Notes: generated from the letters alone by a model not told the origin. Shown: positions 50,949 through 63,069, counted from the whole stretch's first letter. The stretch is 63,600 nt of DNA, filler included, from Intoshia linei (GCA_001642005.1; 5 parts of 5 records of this genome joined end to end with filler, not necessarily neighbours in it); one strand, 5' to 3'. Translations and numbers: made by a program.

Positions 50949-51226
50949 ATGAAATTTGGATCTTTAGATAAAATTAATGGAATCGTTTTTCATAGTCTTT
51001 CACCCTATGAACAAAAATTATTTCCTAGGATTGGAAGAGATGTTGTCAATTCTTTTATTACCACAATAAAGTACTTAAAATATCCGGCGAGAGGTATGAT
51101 CTTTTGGGTAACATGTAAATTTTTATATATTTTATAGGATTTATAGCATCTTGTCTTGTTGTTACTTGGGCAGAATATGAATATCAAAGGGTGAATCGCA
51201 AAAGAATGCCGCCTAAATTTCACTAA
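50949..51226 (+). CDS. UQCRQ: Cytochrome b-c1 complex subunit 8 (QCR8), two exons
   Basis: MKFGSLDKINGIVFHSLSPYEQK..., then after a short intron GFIASCLVVTWAEYEYQRVNRKRMPPKFH*. The FG.L..I.G...SLSP.EQ pattern and the size are typical of QCR8. Confidence 0.85.
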
Positions 51227-51589
51227 TTAAATATTCTTTTTAAACTGTTTACTTTTCAATTGGCACGTTTTATATATATCTAGTGTTTAATCCAGGTTTC
51301 CCAAAAGGCGCCCTGTGAAGAATTTTCACATTACTAGTCAATATATTATGTTTTTTGTCAAATTTTTTTTAATGTTGCCTAGTCATTTCACTTTAATGGT
51401 CCACCGTGAAAAAAATGTGAGAACGTCTGGTTTATAAAATTTTTGAGAATGCTTTTAAATAAGCCATATAATGACAAATGTTAGTTGAAAATAACGATAT
51501 GATGAATTTAAGATTTTAATAAAGTTGAAATCAGTTTAATCTAGATAACTATTTACAAATGTACATTGGAGTAAATGGAATGTATAAAA

Positions 51590-53224
51590 CTAAGTTTCAT
51601 CTTCTGAGCTACTAATTTCACCGAGTAATTGAAGAACTAAAAAATATAATAACTACAGTTTTAAATACAAATGTACCCAATTCGTCAGCATCTTCCTTAC
51701 TCTCCGTTTGGTCATCCTTTTTGGAAATTTCAAATTGATCCATAACATCTTCAAAGTTGAATGTATCCTTTGATTCAGATACATTAGATTTTTTAAGATC
51801 GTCATCACTAGCATTACTCTGAGCATACGACATTAGTTCTTCGATAGTTGATTCACTTTCGGTACTACTAATCTCACCGAGTAACTCTAAAGCCAATTCT
51901 TCGTGTTTACGTTTAGTTTCTCGTTCTTCGTCAGAGTCATAAACGGGTTTCATAATATTCGGTGCAGATTCATCAACAATTTCGTATCTTATACTAACAG
52001 CCTCTTCATCTGCTCGAAGTAAATTTCTAACCTCTTCATGCAACTTGGATTCTTCAGAATCTTTATTAATTAAAATTTCTCTAAAATTTCTTTTTCGAAC
52101 ACATTTCATGGGTGGAGTCAAGCCGTCATCCCATAAATATCTCACATCAACATCGTTCATTTTAGTGTTAATTTCCGGCGTTTCAGAAAGTTTGAAGTTG
52201 ACTTCATCGCAAATCAACATTTGAGATACAACACCCGTTTTATATAAATTCTTTTTGTCTATTGTTTTCATTACTTCATTTATACACGGCAAATCAACAA
52301 TCTAAGTTGAAAATCAAATTATACTATTCAAATATGTACCTTTGCTTTTAATTCTGTACCTTTCCATTCCACACTGCCGGTGCGTTTGTTTTGATTGAGT
52401 TGAATACGTAAATTGTCCTTGAAAGCATTGTCACCTTTCTGCAGCAATTCTATCACTTCATCTGCTTGTTTCTAAATTGAAACTATAAATTAACCTCCAA
52501 GTATTAACCATTTAATTTAATTTTAGAATTTGATAAAACTTTTAATTTTTGAACTATACTGTCAATCGAGATTTGATCAAAATAAATACATGTGTAATTC
52601 TTAGTACGATACAATATGCAGTAAATTTTATAAAATATGCATAATAGTTTGTCGTCAATGTATTGGCGAACGTTACATGTAAATAATACAATAATGTATA
52701 TTTGATGTGTACATTTAATTGGAACGAATTAATTACATATACAATGGCTGACTACCCTTCACTGATCTTTTAAGAATAATTAGATAAATTTCATATAAAA
52801 TGTAATTGTGAAAACAAAAGGTTTTGTACGATCGTCCTGTGTGAAGAATGGTCTGCAGGCTAATTTCTGTATATCAAAAAATTTAAACTATGAAAAATAC
52901 TTTTCATGTATATTATAAAGTCATGAGTTAGGACCATACTTTTACGTCTTGATTGGTATTTATTATAAATCAACACTTATAAATAAAATTTTCCAAAAAA
53001 ATATAAACATTTACCGATAATGTATTTTTATTACTTAAACATATATCGTCAATTGACATTATGGCTAAAAACTGTTCTTGGACTCAGTGTTGATTTTGAG
53101 TCAACACTTTCGACTGTAATATAATAACATTCAATACCTCTGGTAATCGTAGAATAAATAATTCTTCTTTCAGTGGTTTAGTCTTGATTATCTTGGAGGG
53201 GTGTTTATTTTCAATATCTGCCAT
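51590..53224 (-). CDS. TAF7: TFIID subunit 7, four exons
   Basis: EELFILRLPE, KAKIVDLPCINEVMKTIDKKNLYKTGVVSQMLIC, and GLTPPMKCVRKRNFR...EVRNLLRADEEAVSIRYE (TAFII55_N). Confidence 0.93.
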
Positions 53225-53389
53225 TAAATACAATTTTTATTAAATGTGGGATAAAATAAATAATTTTCCAAACAATTTTCATAATTTTTCATATTTATAT
53301 CACCAAGGTAGCGTTAAAATCTAAAAGTTTCATCAGCAATAATATTTAATTTATAATGGTTGGTAACTATTAGTTATCAATGTTTTGTT

Positions 53390-53560
53390 TTTAATTTATA
53401 CTCTCATGACTTGAATCTCTTACTTGAGTAATATCAGTAATAAATGGATTTCTTATCCACGTTTCTATTTCCAAGTCAATAATATCTTTATTGCGAATAA
53501 TTATAACATTTTTTAATAGGCTCAAATGATCGCCGTAGCATTTTAAATCTTTAATTTACT
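53390..53560 (-). mobile_element. Short hAT/Buster transposase fragment
   Basis: Reverse frame DLEIETWIRNPFITDI contains the WIRNPF motif typical of the Buster-type C-terminal region. Confidence 0.45.
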
Positions 53561-53576
53561 GAGTATATATAATTAA

Positions 53577-56500
53577 CTAGCTTGACTGTTATGTACTACG
53601 TACAAAAAACGCCTAGCTCTGCCAAGGGCACATTTTTATTATACCAAAAAAATAAATTCATGTTGAAAATCTAACTTAACAATTCTACTATTCACTATTA
53701 TAAATTTTTTAAAAAGAGTGGTTCCCAAATTTGTTTCAGGTGGAACCATCATATCACGTTACTTTTTACTTTAAAGTAAATTATTTCATCTTAATTTTTT
53801 GTTCGTTAACATTTGCATAAAGAATTTTAAAAACAATTTTAATCCCATTTTTTTAATTTATTAAACAGAATGTGTGCATAATATTAAAAATAAAGTAAAA
53901 ACAGTCCAATTCTAAAAATTATCATAAATTCCAGAAAAAATAAAATTATAAAAACCTATTTTGTCATTTTCAATGTGATGATATATATTCAGAACCAATT
54001 TAATAAATACTTACAAATACCAATTGTGTATCAATAATTAATAGAATCTTCACTTTATAAACATTTCAGTCGAATTTTACCATTATTGTAAAGGATTGTA
54101 ATATAAAAATGATATTAACAAAGTTTTTTTAGTTTCTCAATTAAATTTAAATGTTTTAATAAAAATGTTTTGAAAATGAAAATTTGAAATTTAAAAATTG
54201 CGTAGCAATGAAAAAAGTCCTACAGAATAAATTATATAGATTTCACATTTCAGATAGAATTATATTTCACCCATATGTCTTTATTGGAAATGTGTAGACG
54301 TACAATGCACATATTTTTTGAATATGTAGGATTAATATTTACATTTTCAATTTTTATTTCAATCGAAATATTTGAATAATATTGGTTGATAATATATTAA
54401 AAATTATTTTTCACCGGGAATGCGTAGAATTCTGTGGTTGAAATTTTGTATTTATATCAACTGGAATAAGCTCTATCAGAATAATCTTTTCTTTAATTTT
54501 CGGACCGTTAATTATTTCACATTTTTTGTTTTAATAAAATATCTCGGAAAAAAAATATATGAATACTAAAATGCTTTTTGGACCGTGAAGGCGTCACTTA
54601 TCAGATTGCAATTTTTTATGTGTGCTAACAGGATATAACTGTACCACCTGGAATTTTTATAAGGTTAATTTTTATTGTATTGTATTAATTTTTTCAAATT
54701 GCATTATTCGAAAATAAAGTCAATTTCATTTGTATCCATAGGTATAAAAGTGTGTTAGTTCAGTTAAATTCAATGTATCGTGACATTATTATGTCATAAT
54801 TAGGGAAATTTTTTAAATAACCTATAAAATGAAGAAAAACAACCTAAAAACTGATTTTTAGTAACTTTTAGCTTATATTAGTAACTTTAAAAAATTTTTT
54901 TTTGTATACAAATATAATTTGAATCTTGTTAAAATGTTAAATTATGTATTTTTTGATATTTTCAGGTGCTAATGGTCTCTGTTTAGTTACCATTTTTTTT
55001 AACAGACTAAAACTTGTTTCTACGCTGACGGATGTAGAAGGAGCGTTCCTTAGATAATATTATAATATTGGGGATTTGTTTGAATCTAAATTATTGACAA
55101 TGGCATATATGTCGTTTTTCGTTAGACGTTTCTTAATATAATCTTTTAAGCTGTAGGGATCCGAATTAAAGGACAAATTTATAATACTTTGTAGGCCTTT
55201 ACTATGCTAAATCACGATTCTTAAGTCATTTCTATTACATCTAACAGAAATAAATATGTACATATTTGAATCAAAGCATTGTCTAATCCAAGTTGGTTGA
55301 CAGCCGCTTTAGCTCGATTCATTATTAAATCATTAAATAAGGCCTTAATTTTAGAGTTGTTCAGTTTATAGAGTGGAATATCTGCATATATAAATGCCTC
55401 CAAAATTTGGTCAGTAAAATCGTGAGACATTTTTAAAAATTTATGTAGAGGAGGATTATCGTTTGGCAATCTGTGTTTTTTTGTGTTTCTGTGAACTTTA
55501 ATTAAGTGCATTTTTTCATAGGAAACAGTGCAATTGCAATTTATAAAACTAAGTGAATTATCAGTCCTCTTGAATTCATTAGGATACATTCATGATGTTT
55601 TTCATTTTGAAATGAGGAGATTTTGTAGTTTTTGCCATGCTAAATGAATGTGAGATCATTTCGTGATGATCAAAATTTTTCCTGTAAAAGTATAACTTTT
55701 AGAATAAAATAGAAGTGTTTATTTTCAATTTCAAAAAAATGACTTTATTAACTTTTAATTGCCCTAGTCATAATATAATGCAGCACACAGAATACTTTAT
55801 AGTTATATAAATTATATATATTTTATTTATTAATAAAACTTTATATTTATATTATATGAAAGTTATATAATAATATCGCGATAACTAAGTTACATCTATT
55901 TTCTAGAGCTGTTCTGAGTATAACTCGATCTGTTCTTTGATTTGTGGATTTTTTTACCATACCTTTTTTTGTATAAATTACTACTATATTGAGATTTCGA
56001 CATATTTTTTTATTATAATAGATACAGCTGACTAAGACACATCACACATGTCTCCAGTTTTGTGTTGACTGTAATCAGATTTTTCTAGCAATGAGATTAT
56101 ATGATTTTTTGTTTGGGAATAAATACCCTTACTTTTGCCCATTTTAAATTTTAAAATTAAATTTCTGAAAGAGAACGATCTTAATAATTACAATTTAACA
56201 AATATATGTAACTAGCAGGTCGATAAATCGTATTATTATAACATTTCATCACTATGATACAAATTTTTTAAATACGCAATTTTTCGGGTATGCACTGAAA
56301 TCCATCCTTACTACGTGTACATTAATTTTGAAAACATAACAATATTTCTAATCGATATAATACTTATTTAGATCAAACATTTTATTTAGGTTATAATATA
56401 CAAAAGATATGACGATAAATATAAAATTTTTACCATTATCATAATTTTATGATCAACCCTGTATATTTTTTTTAAATCTCCAACTTGTTTGATTTTCAAA

Positions 56501-56683
56501 AAAAGGATAATTGGGGTTTTTGACCCGTAAGATGTGAGTTTGGGAGGTTGAAATATATTTTGCGAAAACACCCAATAAAAAACTAATTGAAATGTCGACT
56601 TTATAATATTCTAAGACGGGTAGTTATTTAAATAAAGTGGAACACACAAACAAAATTCGCATAGCATATTTTATAAGTAAGGA
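53577..56683 (-). mobile_element. End-to-end non-autonomous Helitron with nested insertions
   Basis: 3' hairpin + CTAG|T at 53577 and 5' A|TCCTTACTTATAAAA at 56683. Internal blocks match 21488-21965, 24390-24755, 32160-33340 and 42350-42972. Confidence 0.78.
54801..55766 (-). mobile_element. hAT-superfamily element with degenerate transposase
   Basis: Termini TAGGG(A/C)AATT with a perfect 8-bp TSD GTCATAAT. ORF 55221-55589 shows a C..C/H..H zinc-finger remnant and ADIPLYKLNN. The hAT C-terminal motif APSTSVSVETSFS lies near 55010-55050. Confidence 0.85.
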
Positions 56684-56884
56684 TAAAGCATGTACCTAGT
56701 CATACAAATAATATTAATTAATTGTAAACTATTCAATTTATGAAAAAGAGCAGCCGGGAACGTTTGGTGAAATATTTAATGACGTGAAAAGATATGTTTA
56801 TAGTGTCTTTATATGTCATTCTAGATACGAAAAGTTTGAACCTGTATCTACCATTATATCGGTAATCCAAATAATGAAAAATTA

Positions 56885-57476
56885 ATGTTGAAATTGATCG
56901 ATCGTTCCAATATTTATATTTTTAAATTTGATATCCAAGTCTCTAAATGTACGTTAAGTAATACTTTTATTGCTGAAAATAAATTGTTAGTTTATACTAG
57001 AAATGATCCATATAGCAACATTTGCACAGTTAATGAAAATAAAATTAGGACTAGGCGAAGTTTCAAATTTCAATGTGCGCAAACTGATTACCAGTGTAAT
57101 TTTGGGTATCATCAAGATTTTGGGACAAAATTGTGTGTTAACGATAGGCACACTACTAAACTTAATGTATGTTTTAATGGAATAATGCAAACTATTGATC
57201 CAGATGCATATGAAAGATTGTATTCTCAAAAATATTATGATGATTATTGTTTTACTCATATTATGGTTAATAGAAGTTCTGTGAATACGTCGTGTAGATT
57301 TATTGAACATAATTTGAGACGTCATATGAAAACTGACAACACGTCATAAAATAATAGGACGCAATAGGTTGAAGTCTGGTATTGTTAATTCGTGTGTCGC
57401 ATTTATGATCTTGTTGTTTGCAGTTAAAAAATGTAAAAGTCGTGGGAATTATCGGGTTGTCGATCACATGTTGTAA
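56885..57476 (+). CDS. Vps10/sortilin-like C-terminal module (10CC cysteine domain + TM + short tail); possibly partial
   Basis: FQCAQTDYQCNFGYHQDFGTKLCV..C..YERL..C resembles the Vps10 10CC pattern. A candidate 37-nt intron (57321-57357) joins in frame to a hydrophobic segment and the tail ..YRVVDHML*. Confidence 0.55.
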
Positions 57477-58124
57477 TTTGTTTATTCAATAAAATCTTTC
57501 TTTTTTGATAATCGTTAGTCATCCCTACGTTGCGAATTTAAGAAATGTTTTTAGCGAGTTTTTTTATTTAAAATAAGCATGGAATTATTATATTTTTCTC
57601 TATATATGTTTATAAGGATATGGATCTAAGTCAGAGGTTTATGGTGCATATTTTTTATAGTAAAGTACGATTGTAAGTTGTATATTATGCAATTGTAAAT
57701 CATTACATTATATTAAGAATTTAGTTTGTAATTGAAAAAAATAAAATAGAGGTAAGAAGTTTTTTTCTGTGAAAAAATTTACATGGTATATACACAATTT
57801 GTTTAGAGGTATTGAAATATAAATAAAGTTCATTTTTTTGACATGGGGCGGTATCGCATATAATAATCTATTGCTGTACTAAAAAGTGCAAAGTCAAGAC
57901 CACCAAATCCTGCAGATTTGAGACCAGCTAAAATATTAAATAAGTATGTAACGTTGTATACTAACATCTGTATAACAAAGTTATATTTGACATTATTCTT
58001 AATTTACTATTCTAAACGTTTTTGAAAGATTACAAAGACTTAGAAATATTTAATTGTTAATTAAAAATTTATAATATTCTACAAGACTTTACTAATATTT
58101 CTATTCTCAAGTCCTAGTAGTTAT

Positions 58125-59210
58125 ATGGAACAGACAGAATTAAAACCGGAGATCCCAAACGATTTGAAATTACAAATTCCAATCGGTGATGATTCAGATA
58201 TTAAGACGTGGTGTAAAAGTATTGAACTATGGTCTAATTGTACAACCGGCTCTGAGTTCGAAAAGGTGATATTCATAATATTTTCATTAAAAACAGAACT
58301 ACGGAAAATAATTTTAGATGAAGATGAAACACCGAAAACTGTCAATGATTTGCTAGCCATTATCACACAATCTTTTAGTATTAAGAATTTATCAACAGTA
58401 GAAGCTTGTAACAAACTCTGTCGTCTCAAATACTTTTCTCATCCTCGACTATTTATCTCGAAGGTTAAATCTTTGACGAAAATTGCTTTTAAAAATAAAA
58501 CAAACATATAACGATTGACATTGAAGTTTGCCCTAGACGCGATCAAAAAAGTAAATTTGAATGTTTATACGAGTATACTGCATCTGTCAACCAATGTCGA
58601 TGAATTTTTTCAATTGATAAAATTAAAACGACCTTGGAATTACAATGATAAACATCTGGATAATGTCAATGGTTATGGATAAAACAAACTGGACTGGAAA
58701 TCAACTGGATAAAAGGTTTGAAATGAGATTTAATAAAGCATATAAACAATTTGAAAATAAAAATAATCATGATCGCAAGTTAAATAATGTGAATAAGTTT
58801 GATGCTCTGAAAAAGTATGTTAATGATAAACAAGATGATGAAAGCAATGATAAGGTATGTTATAATTGTGGTACGGAATTAAAATTTAATAATTATTTTT
58901 TATTTCATGTTGATGCTAAAATAAGTAATAAAATGTACTCATGTTTAATTGATACAGGTTCAATTGCTTCGTTTCTCCCAAATTCATTTAAACCTCATCA
59001 AAAAGTTAAATTTCAATATACCTCTGTTACGAATTCTAAACTAAATACAAGTGGTGTATGCAATGTGCAAGTTAAAATTAATTCTTTGAAAAAATCTTTT
59101 CGTCATCAATTTGTTATATCTTAAGATATAAATGATCCTATTCTCGGTTTAAATTTCTTAAATGGTAATTCAATTGAAATTCTGCAAAATCTAATGAGAT
59201 TAAAATTTAA
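58125..59210 (+). mobile_element. Degenerate LTR-retrotransposon gag-protease relic
   Basis: Gag-like ORF, truncated zinc knuckle CYNCG, aspartic protease CLIDTGS and DPILGLNFL after a stop. No RT and no LTR pair recognised. Confidence 0.75.
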
Positions 59211-59355
59211 TTAATTTAAGCAAATAAATTTTATTAGAGATTATAAATCAAACTCAATGGATATGTGTGATCCAAATTTGAATAGTACCAGTGAAATTCA
59301 CTTAATGGGATCTATGAATACTCAATTTCAAAATACAGTCAATGATTTTAAATAC

Positions 59356-59455
59356 NNNNNNNNNNNNNNNNNNNNNNNNNNNNNNNNNNNNNNNNNNNNT
59401 TAATTAATTAANNNNNNNNNNNNNNNNNNNNNNNNNNNNNNNNNNNNNNNNNNNN
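59356..59455. other. Artificial contig linker
   Basis: 44 N + TTAATTAATTAA + 44 N. Confidence 0.97.
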
Positions 59456-59496
59456 TTTAACTTACAAAGCTAATATTTTAAATAAATTAATTAAAG
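59456..59496 (-). tRNA. trnT: Mitochondrial tRNA-Thr(UGU), 3' half cut by contig end
   Basis: Reverse-strand anticodon arm TTAGC-TTTGTAA-GTTAA. Confidence 0.55.
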
Positions 59497-59555
59497 ATAA
59501 TGACTAAAAGTTTTTTTAAATTTACAGTTTAATATTTTATATAAATTACATTATT
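59496..59555 (-). tRNA. trnY: Mitochondrial tRNA-Tyr(GUA), reduced T-arm
   Basis: Acceptor ATAATG/CATTAT, anticodon arm TTAAA-CTGTAAA-TTTAA, 3-bp T-stem ACT-TTT-AGT. Abuts the nad4 stop. Confidence 0.65.
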
Positions 59556-60804
59556 AAAAAAATATTTTTATTCTATAGAATAATAATCTAGTGTGAAATA
59601 AAAGTATTGTTGGAATAAAAATATCAATTATTTTTAAAGAAAATATTATAGATAAAAATGTAGTTTTTAATGAAGAAATTATAATAATTTTAGTTGCTAT
59701 TATTATAAATAATAAAAAATATATTATTAAAAAAACACCAAATATTTTAGTAAATGTTATTAAACATGTAACTAATAAGACTTCTGAAAAAAAATTCAAA
59801 GATGGGGGGATTGATATGTTTATTAAAAACATTATTCTTATTAAAACAAATATTAATAAAGATTTTATGTGTATATTTGATAAAAGATTAGTATTTCGAT
59901 TACCGAATATTTTTATAATTGGATTAATTAAAAAAAATAAACTTGGTGATAAAATACCATGAGAAATTATTAAAATTATCATTCCTAATATCCCAATGAA
60001 TTTTATATTTAAAAAAACAATTAGTGAAAATCTTATATGAGAAATAGAAGAATAAGCAATAATTTTTTTTAAATCATTTATAGAAATACATAAAATTGTT
60101 GAATAAATTCTACCAACTAAAATAAAAAACAATAATATATTACTAATTTTATTTCCCAAAAATATAAATAATTTGTAAAAACGAATTATTGCATAAATAC
60201 CAAACTTTATTATTACACTAGCTAAAAATATTGAACCTTCAGTTGGAGATTCTACATGAGCTAAAGGTAATCAATAATGAAATCAATATACAGCAGCTTT
60301 AATTATAAAACCCAAAAATATAAATATTAAAACAAAAATAAATAATTTTATATTATTAAATAAGAAAATATAAAACATATTTATTGAATAAAAATTATAA
60401 TATAAAATAATAATAGATATTAATAATGGTATGGAACCAATTATACCATATATGAAAAAATAAGATCTTGCTTTAAATCGTTCATATGATTTCCCCCAAG
60501 AATAAATTAAAAACATTATTATAGGAAATATTATTTCAAAAGTAATATAAAATATTAAAATATTATTGGATAAAAAAAATATTATTCTTACCATTAAAAT
60601 TATTATTAATAAAAAATATTTTTTAATTGTATTGTTTATTAAAATAGTAATAATGATAATTCAACATGATATCAAAATTAAAAAATAAGGTATTTTTTCT
60701 ATATTAAAAAAAACAGTTAATTTTTGTTTTAATATTAATTTTCTAAAAATTATGAATATAAAAATACTTATTGCTATAATATAAATATCTTTTTTTAATA
60801 ATAT
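59554..60804 (-). CDS. nad4: Mitochondrial NADH dehydrogenase subunit 4 (table 5)
   Basis: Continuous frame when TGA=Trp: WGKSYER, FHYWLPLAHVESPTEGS, DLKKIIAYSSISH, SHG, PPSLNFFSE. ATA start lies directly after trnS2. Confidence 0.93.
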
Positions 60805-60862
60805 AAAAACTTGATTTAAATGTAATCTTTAACAATTTTCAAAATTGTTTTTTAAAAGTTTT
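60805..60862 (-). tRNA. trnS2: Mitochondrial tRNA-Ser(UGA) lacking D-arm
   Basis: Acceptor AAAACTT/AAGTTTT, short D-replacement loop, anticodon arm AACAAT-TTTGAAA-ATTGTT, T-arm GATT-ACATTTA-AATC. Fills the cox1-nad4 gap exactly. Confidence 0.72.
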
Positions 60863-62193
60863 ATAATTCTTTAATTCTATGATGATCAAAAGGGATTATT
60901 AATTGTAAATCTCTTGAAACTCTAGATAACATAAAAAACATTATAGATTTTTTTCTTATTATACTTTCCACAATTACTCATATAAATAATGTTAAAGCCA
61001 TATTTCTTAATAAAGCACCGTAACTTATAATAAAATTTCAAAAATAAAAAATATCAGGATATGTAAAATATCGACGTGGTATTCCTCCTAATCCTACAAA
61101 ATGCATAGGTAAAAAACATATATTTGAACCTAAAGTTAGTAATATAAAACATAAAATTAATATTCTTTCTCTTATTCATATACCATATAATAAACAAAAT
61201 CAATGATTTACACCCCCAAGAATTAAATAAACAGCACCTATTCTTAATACATAGTGAAAATGACCAACTACAAAATAAGTATCATGTACTAAAATATCTG
61301 TATTTGAGTTTGTTAAAAAAAGACCTGTAAAACCACCAAATATAAACATAAATAAAAATCCAACTAATCATAAAATAGTAGAATCATAATTATTGTTAAA
61401 AATGTTTTTTATTGTATATATTCAAGAAAATATTTTAATTCCTGTTGGAACACCAATTAAAGCTCTAGCAGAACCAAAAAAAATTATTGATTCTGTTGTT
61501 ATACCCACTGTAAACATATGATGTGCTCATACAATGCATCTTAAAAACATAATTATACCTATTGCATAAATTATAGATATTTGAGAAAATAAAGTTTTAG
61601 ATTGAGAATAATATAAAATTATTTGTGATATTATACCTATTCCTGGTAAAATTAAAACATAAACTTCTGGATGCCCAAAAAATCAAAACAAGTGTTGAAA
61701 TAATACTGGATCCCCACCTCCTGATGGTTCAAAAAAAGAAGTATTAAAATTCCGATCTGTTAGTAATATAGTAATTGCTCCAGCAAAAACTGGTAAAGTA
61801 AATAATAATAAAAACACAGTTGTAATAATACCCCAAACAAATAAAGGAATTTGAGAAAAGGATATTCCTCTTTTATGATATGTTAAAAAGGTAGTAAAAA
61901 AATTAATAGATCTATTAATTCTAGAAATACCTGATAAATGTAAAGATAAAATTGCAAAATCTACTGAATAAGAAGAACTAAATAAATAAGAAGAAAGAGG
62001 GGGATAAACTGTTCAACCTCTACATACCCCTCTTTCAATTAATAAAGAAAAAGTTAATAATAAAAAAGATATTGGTTGAAGTCAAAATGAAAAATTATTT
62101 AATCGTGGAAAAGCCATATCTTGACAATTTAAATAAAATGGAAGTAGTCAATTACTAAATCCACCTATTAAAAAAGGTATAATAAAAAAAAAA
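60861..62193 (-). CDS. cox1: Mitochondrial cytochrome c oxidase subunit 1 (5' end cut by contig end; table 5)
   Basis: [75 protein letters not shown]. These readings need TGA=W, ATA=M, AGA=S. Confidence 0.97.
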
Positions 62194-62293
62194 NNNNNNN
62201 NNNNNNNNNNNNNNNNNNNNNNNNNNNNNNNNNNNNNTTAATTAATTAANNNNNNNNNNNNNNNNNNNNNNNNNNNNNNNNNNNNNNNNNNNN
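62194..62293. other. Artificial contig linker
   Basis: 44 N + TTAATTAATTAA + 44 N. Confidence 0.97.
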
Positions 62294-62872
62294 ATCGAAC
62301 GTTCATTATCTAAAAATTAAAAATAACCATTGGAAATCATTGATTATCGAAATTATGATATACTTAAAAAATTTTTCATCAATACCTATTAATAAATTCA
62401 AAAAGTAGTCCCTCATGATTGTAGACACATGACATATGACCCTGTCTGTACTTCTTTCAAACCTTCATAAAAATGAAAACGTGTCAACTATCATATCCAC
62501 TAAAATCTTTGTAAGTACTACTGCAATATCCAGTAGATATATTATTTTCAATTGAAAAATATCAGAAAATGTAGTAGCCCTGGTCATACCACCATTTTAA
62601 TTAATCAAAAATAGATTATTCAAATATAATGTTAAAGACTCAGAAAATAGACGAATTAAGTAGTAGCGGAAAACTTTTACATAACAATTGAACAAATTTA
62701 TTTACATAAATTTTAATGGGATCGTTATTGTTGCTTTGAAATGAGAAGTAAGCTAAATCTTCGCATTGTTTTTTATAGGCTCACTCGCATATAGGCACGG
62801 ACATCTAATTTATTCCTTTTTCTCTTTTTTAATTTGTTAGAATAGAAAATCCAGCCTGACAAAACTATGTTG

Positions 62873-63069
62873 TAACAAAAGTAATTACTTTAAATGTGAT
62901 ATTTGGTGGTTTTTGGTGTAGTATGCTTAATATCTATCCATTTGTGACTGAAATTGCCCTTAAAGTAATTATTACNTAACAAAAGTAATTACTTTAAATG
63001 TGATATTTGGTGGTTTTTGGTGTAGTATGCTTAATATCTATCCATTTGTGACTGAAATTGCCCTTAAAG
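62873..63069. repeat. Exact ~93-bp duplication straddling a single N (probable assembly overlap)
   Basis: TAACAAAAGTAATTAC...GCCCTTAAAG occurs on both sides of the N at 62976. Confidence 0.8.

Noticed and set aside
2339-53224. Alternative nuclear genetic code or stop readthrough to explain the fragmented ORFs
   Set aside because: Short GT-AG introns restore the frames under the standard code, and the 2-kb BRCA2 ORF is stop-free.
37933-57476. Functional nuclear-envelope/ESCRT/trafficking cluster (TMEM209, BRCA2, VPS4, Vps10-like)
   Set aside because: Mixed strands and unrelated interspersed genes (sulfotransferase, UQCRQ, TAF7); proximity is expected in a compact genome.
57780-57850. LTR end and primer-binding site for the gag-protease relic
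   Set aside because: ACA-TGG junctions exist but do not extend into a convincing tRNA complement, and no second LTR is visible.
59456-62193. NUMT inserted beside a retrotransposon
   Set aside because: Bounded by artificial linkers and the frames are intact under table 5, so it is more simply a separate organelle contig.
62873-63069. Real tandem duplication
   Set aside because: Exact copies flank a single N, which is typical of unmerged contig overlap.
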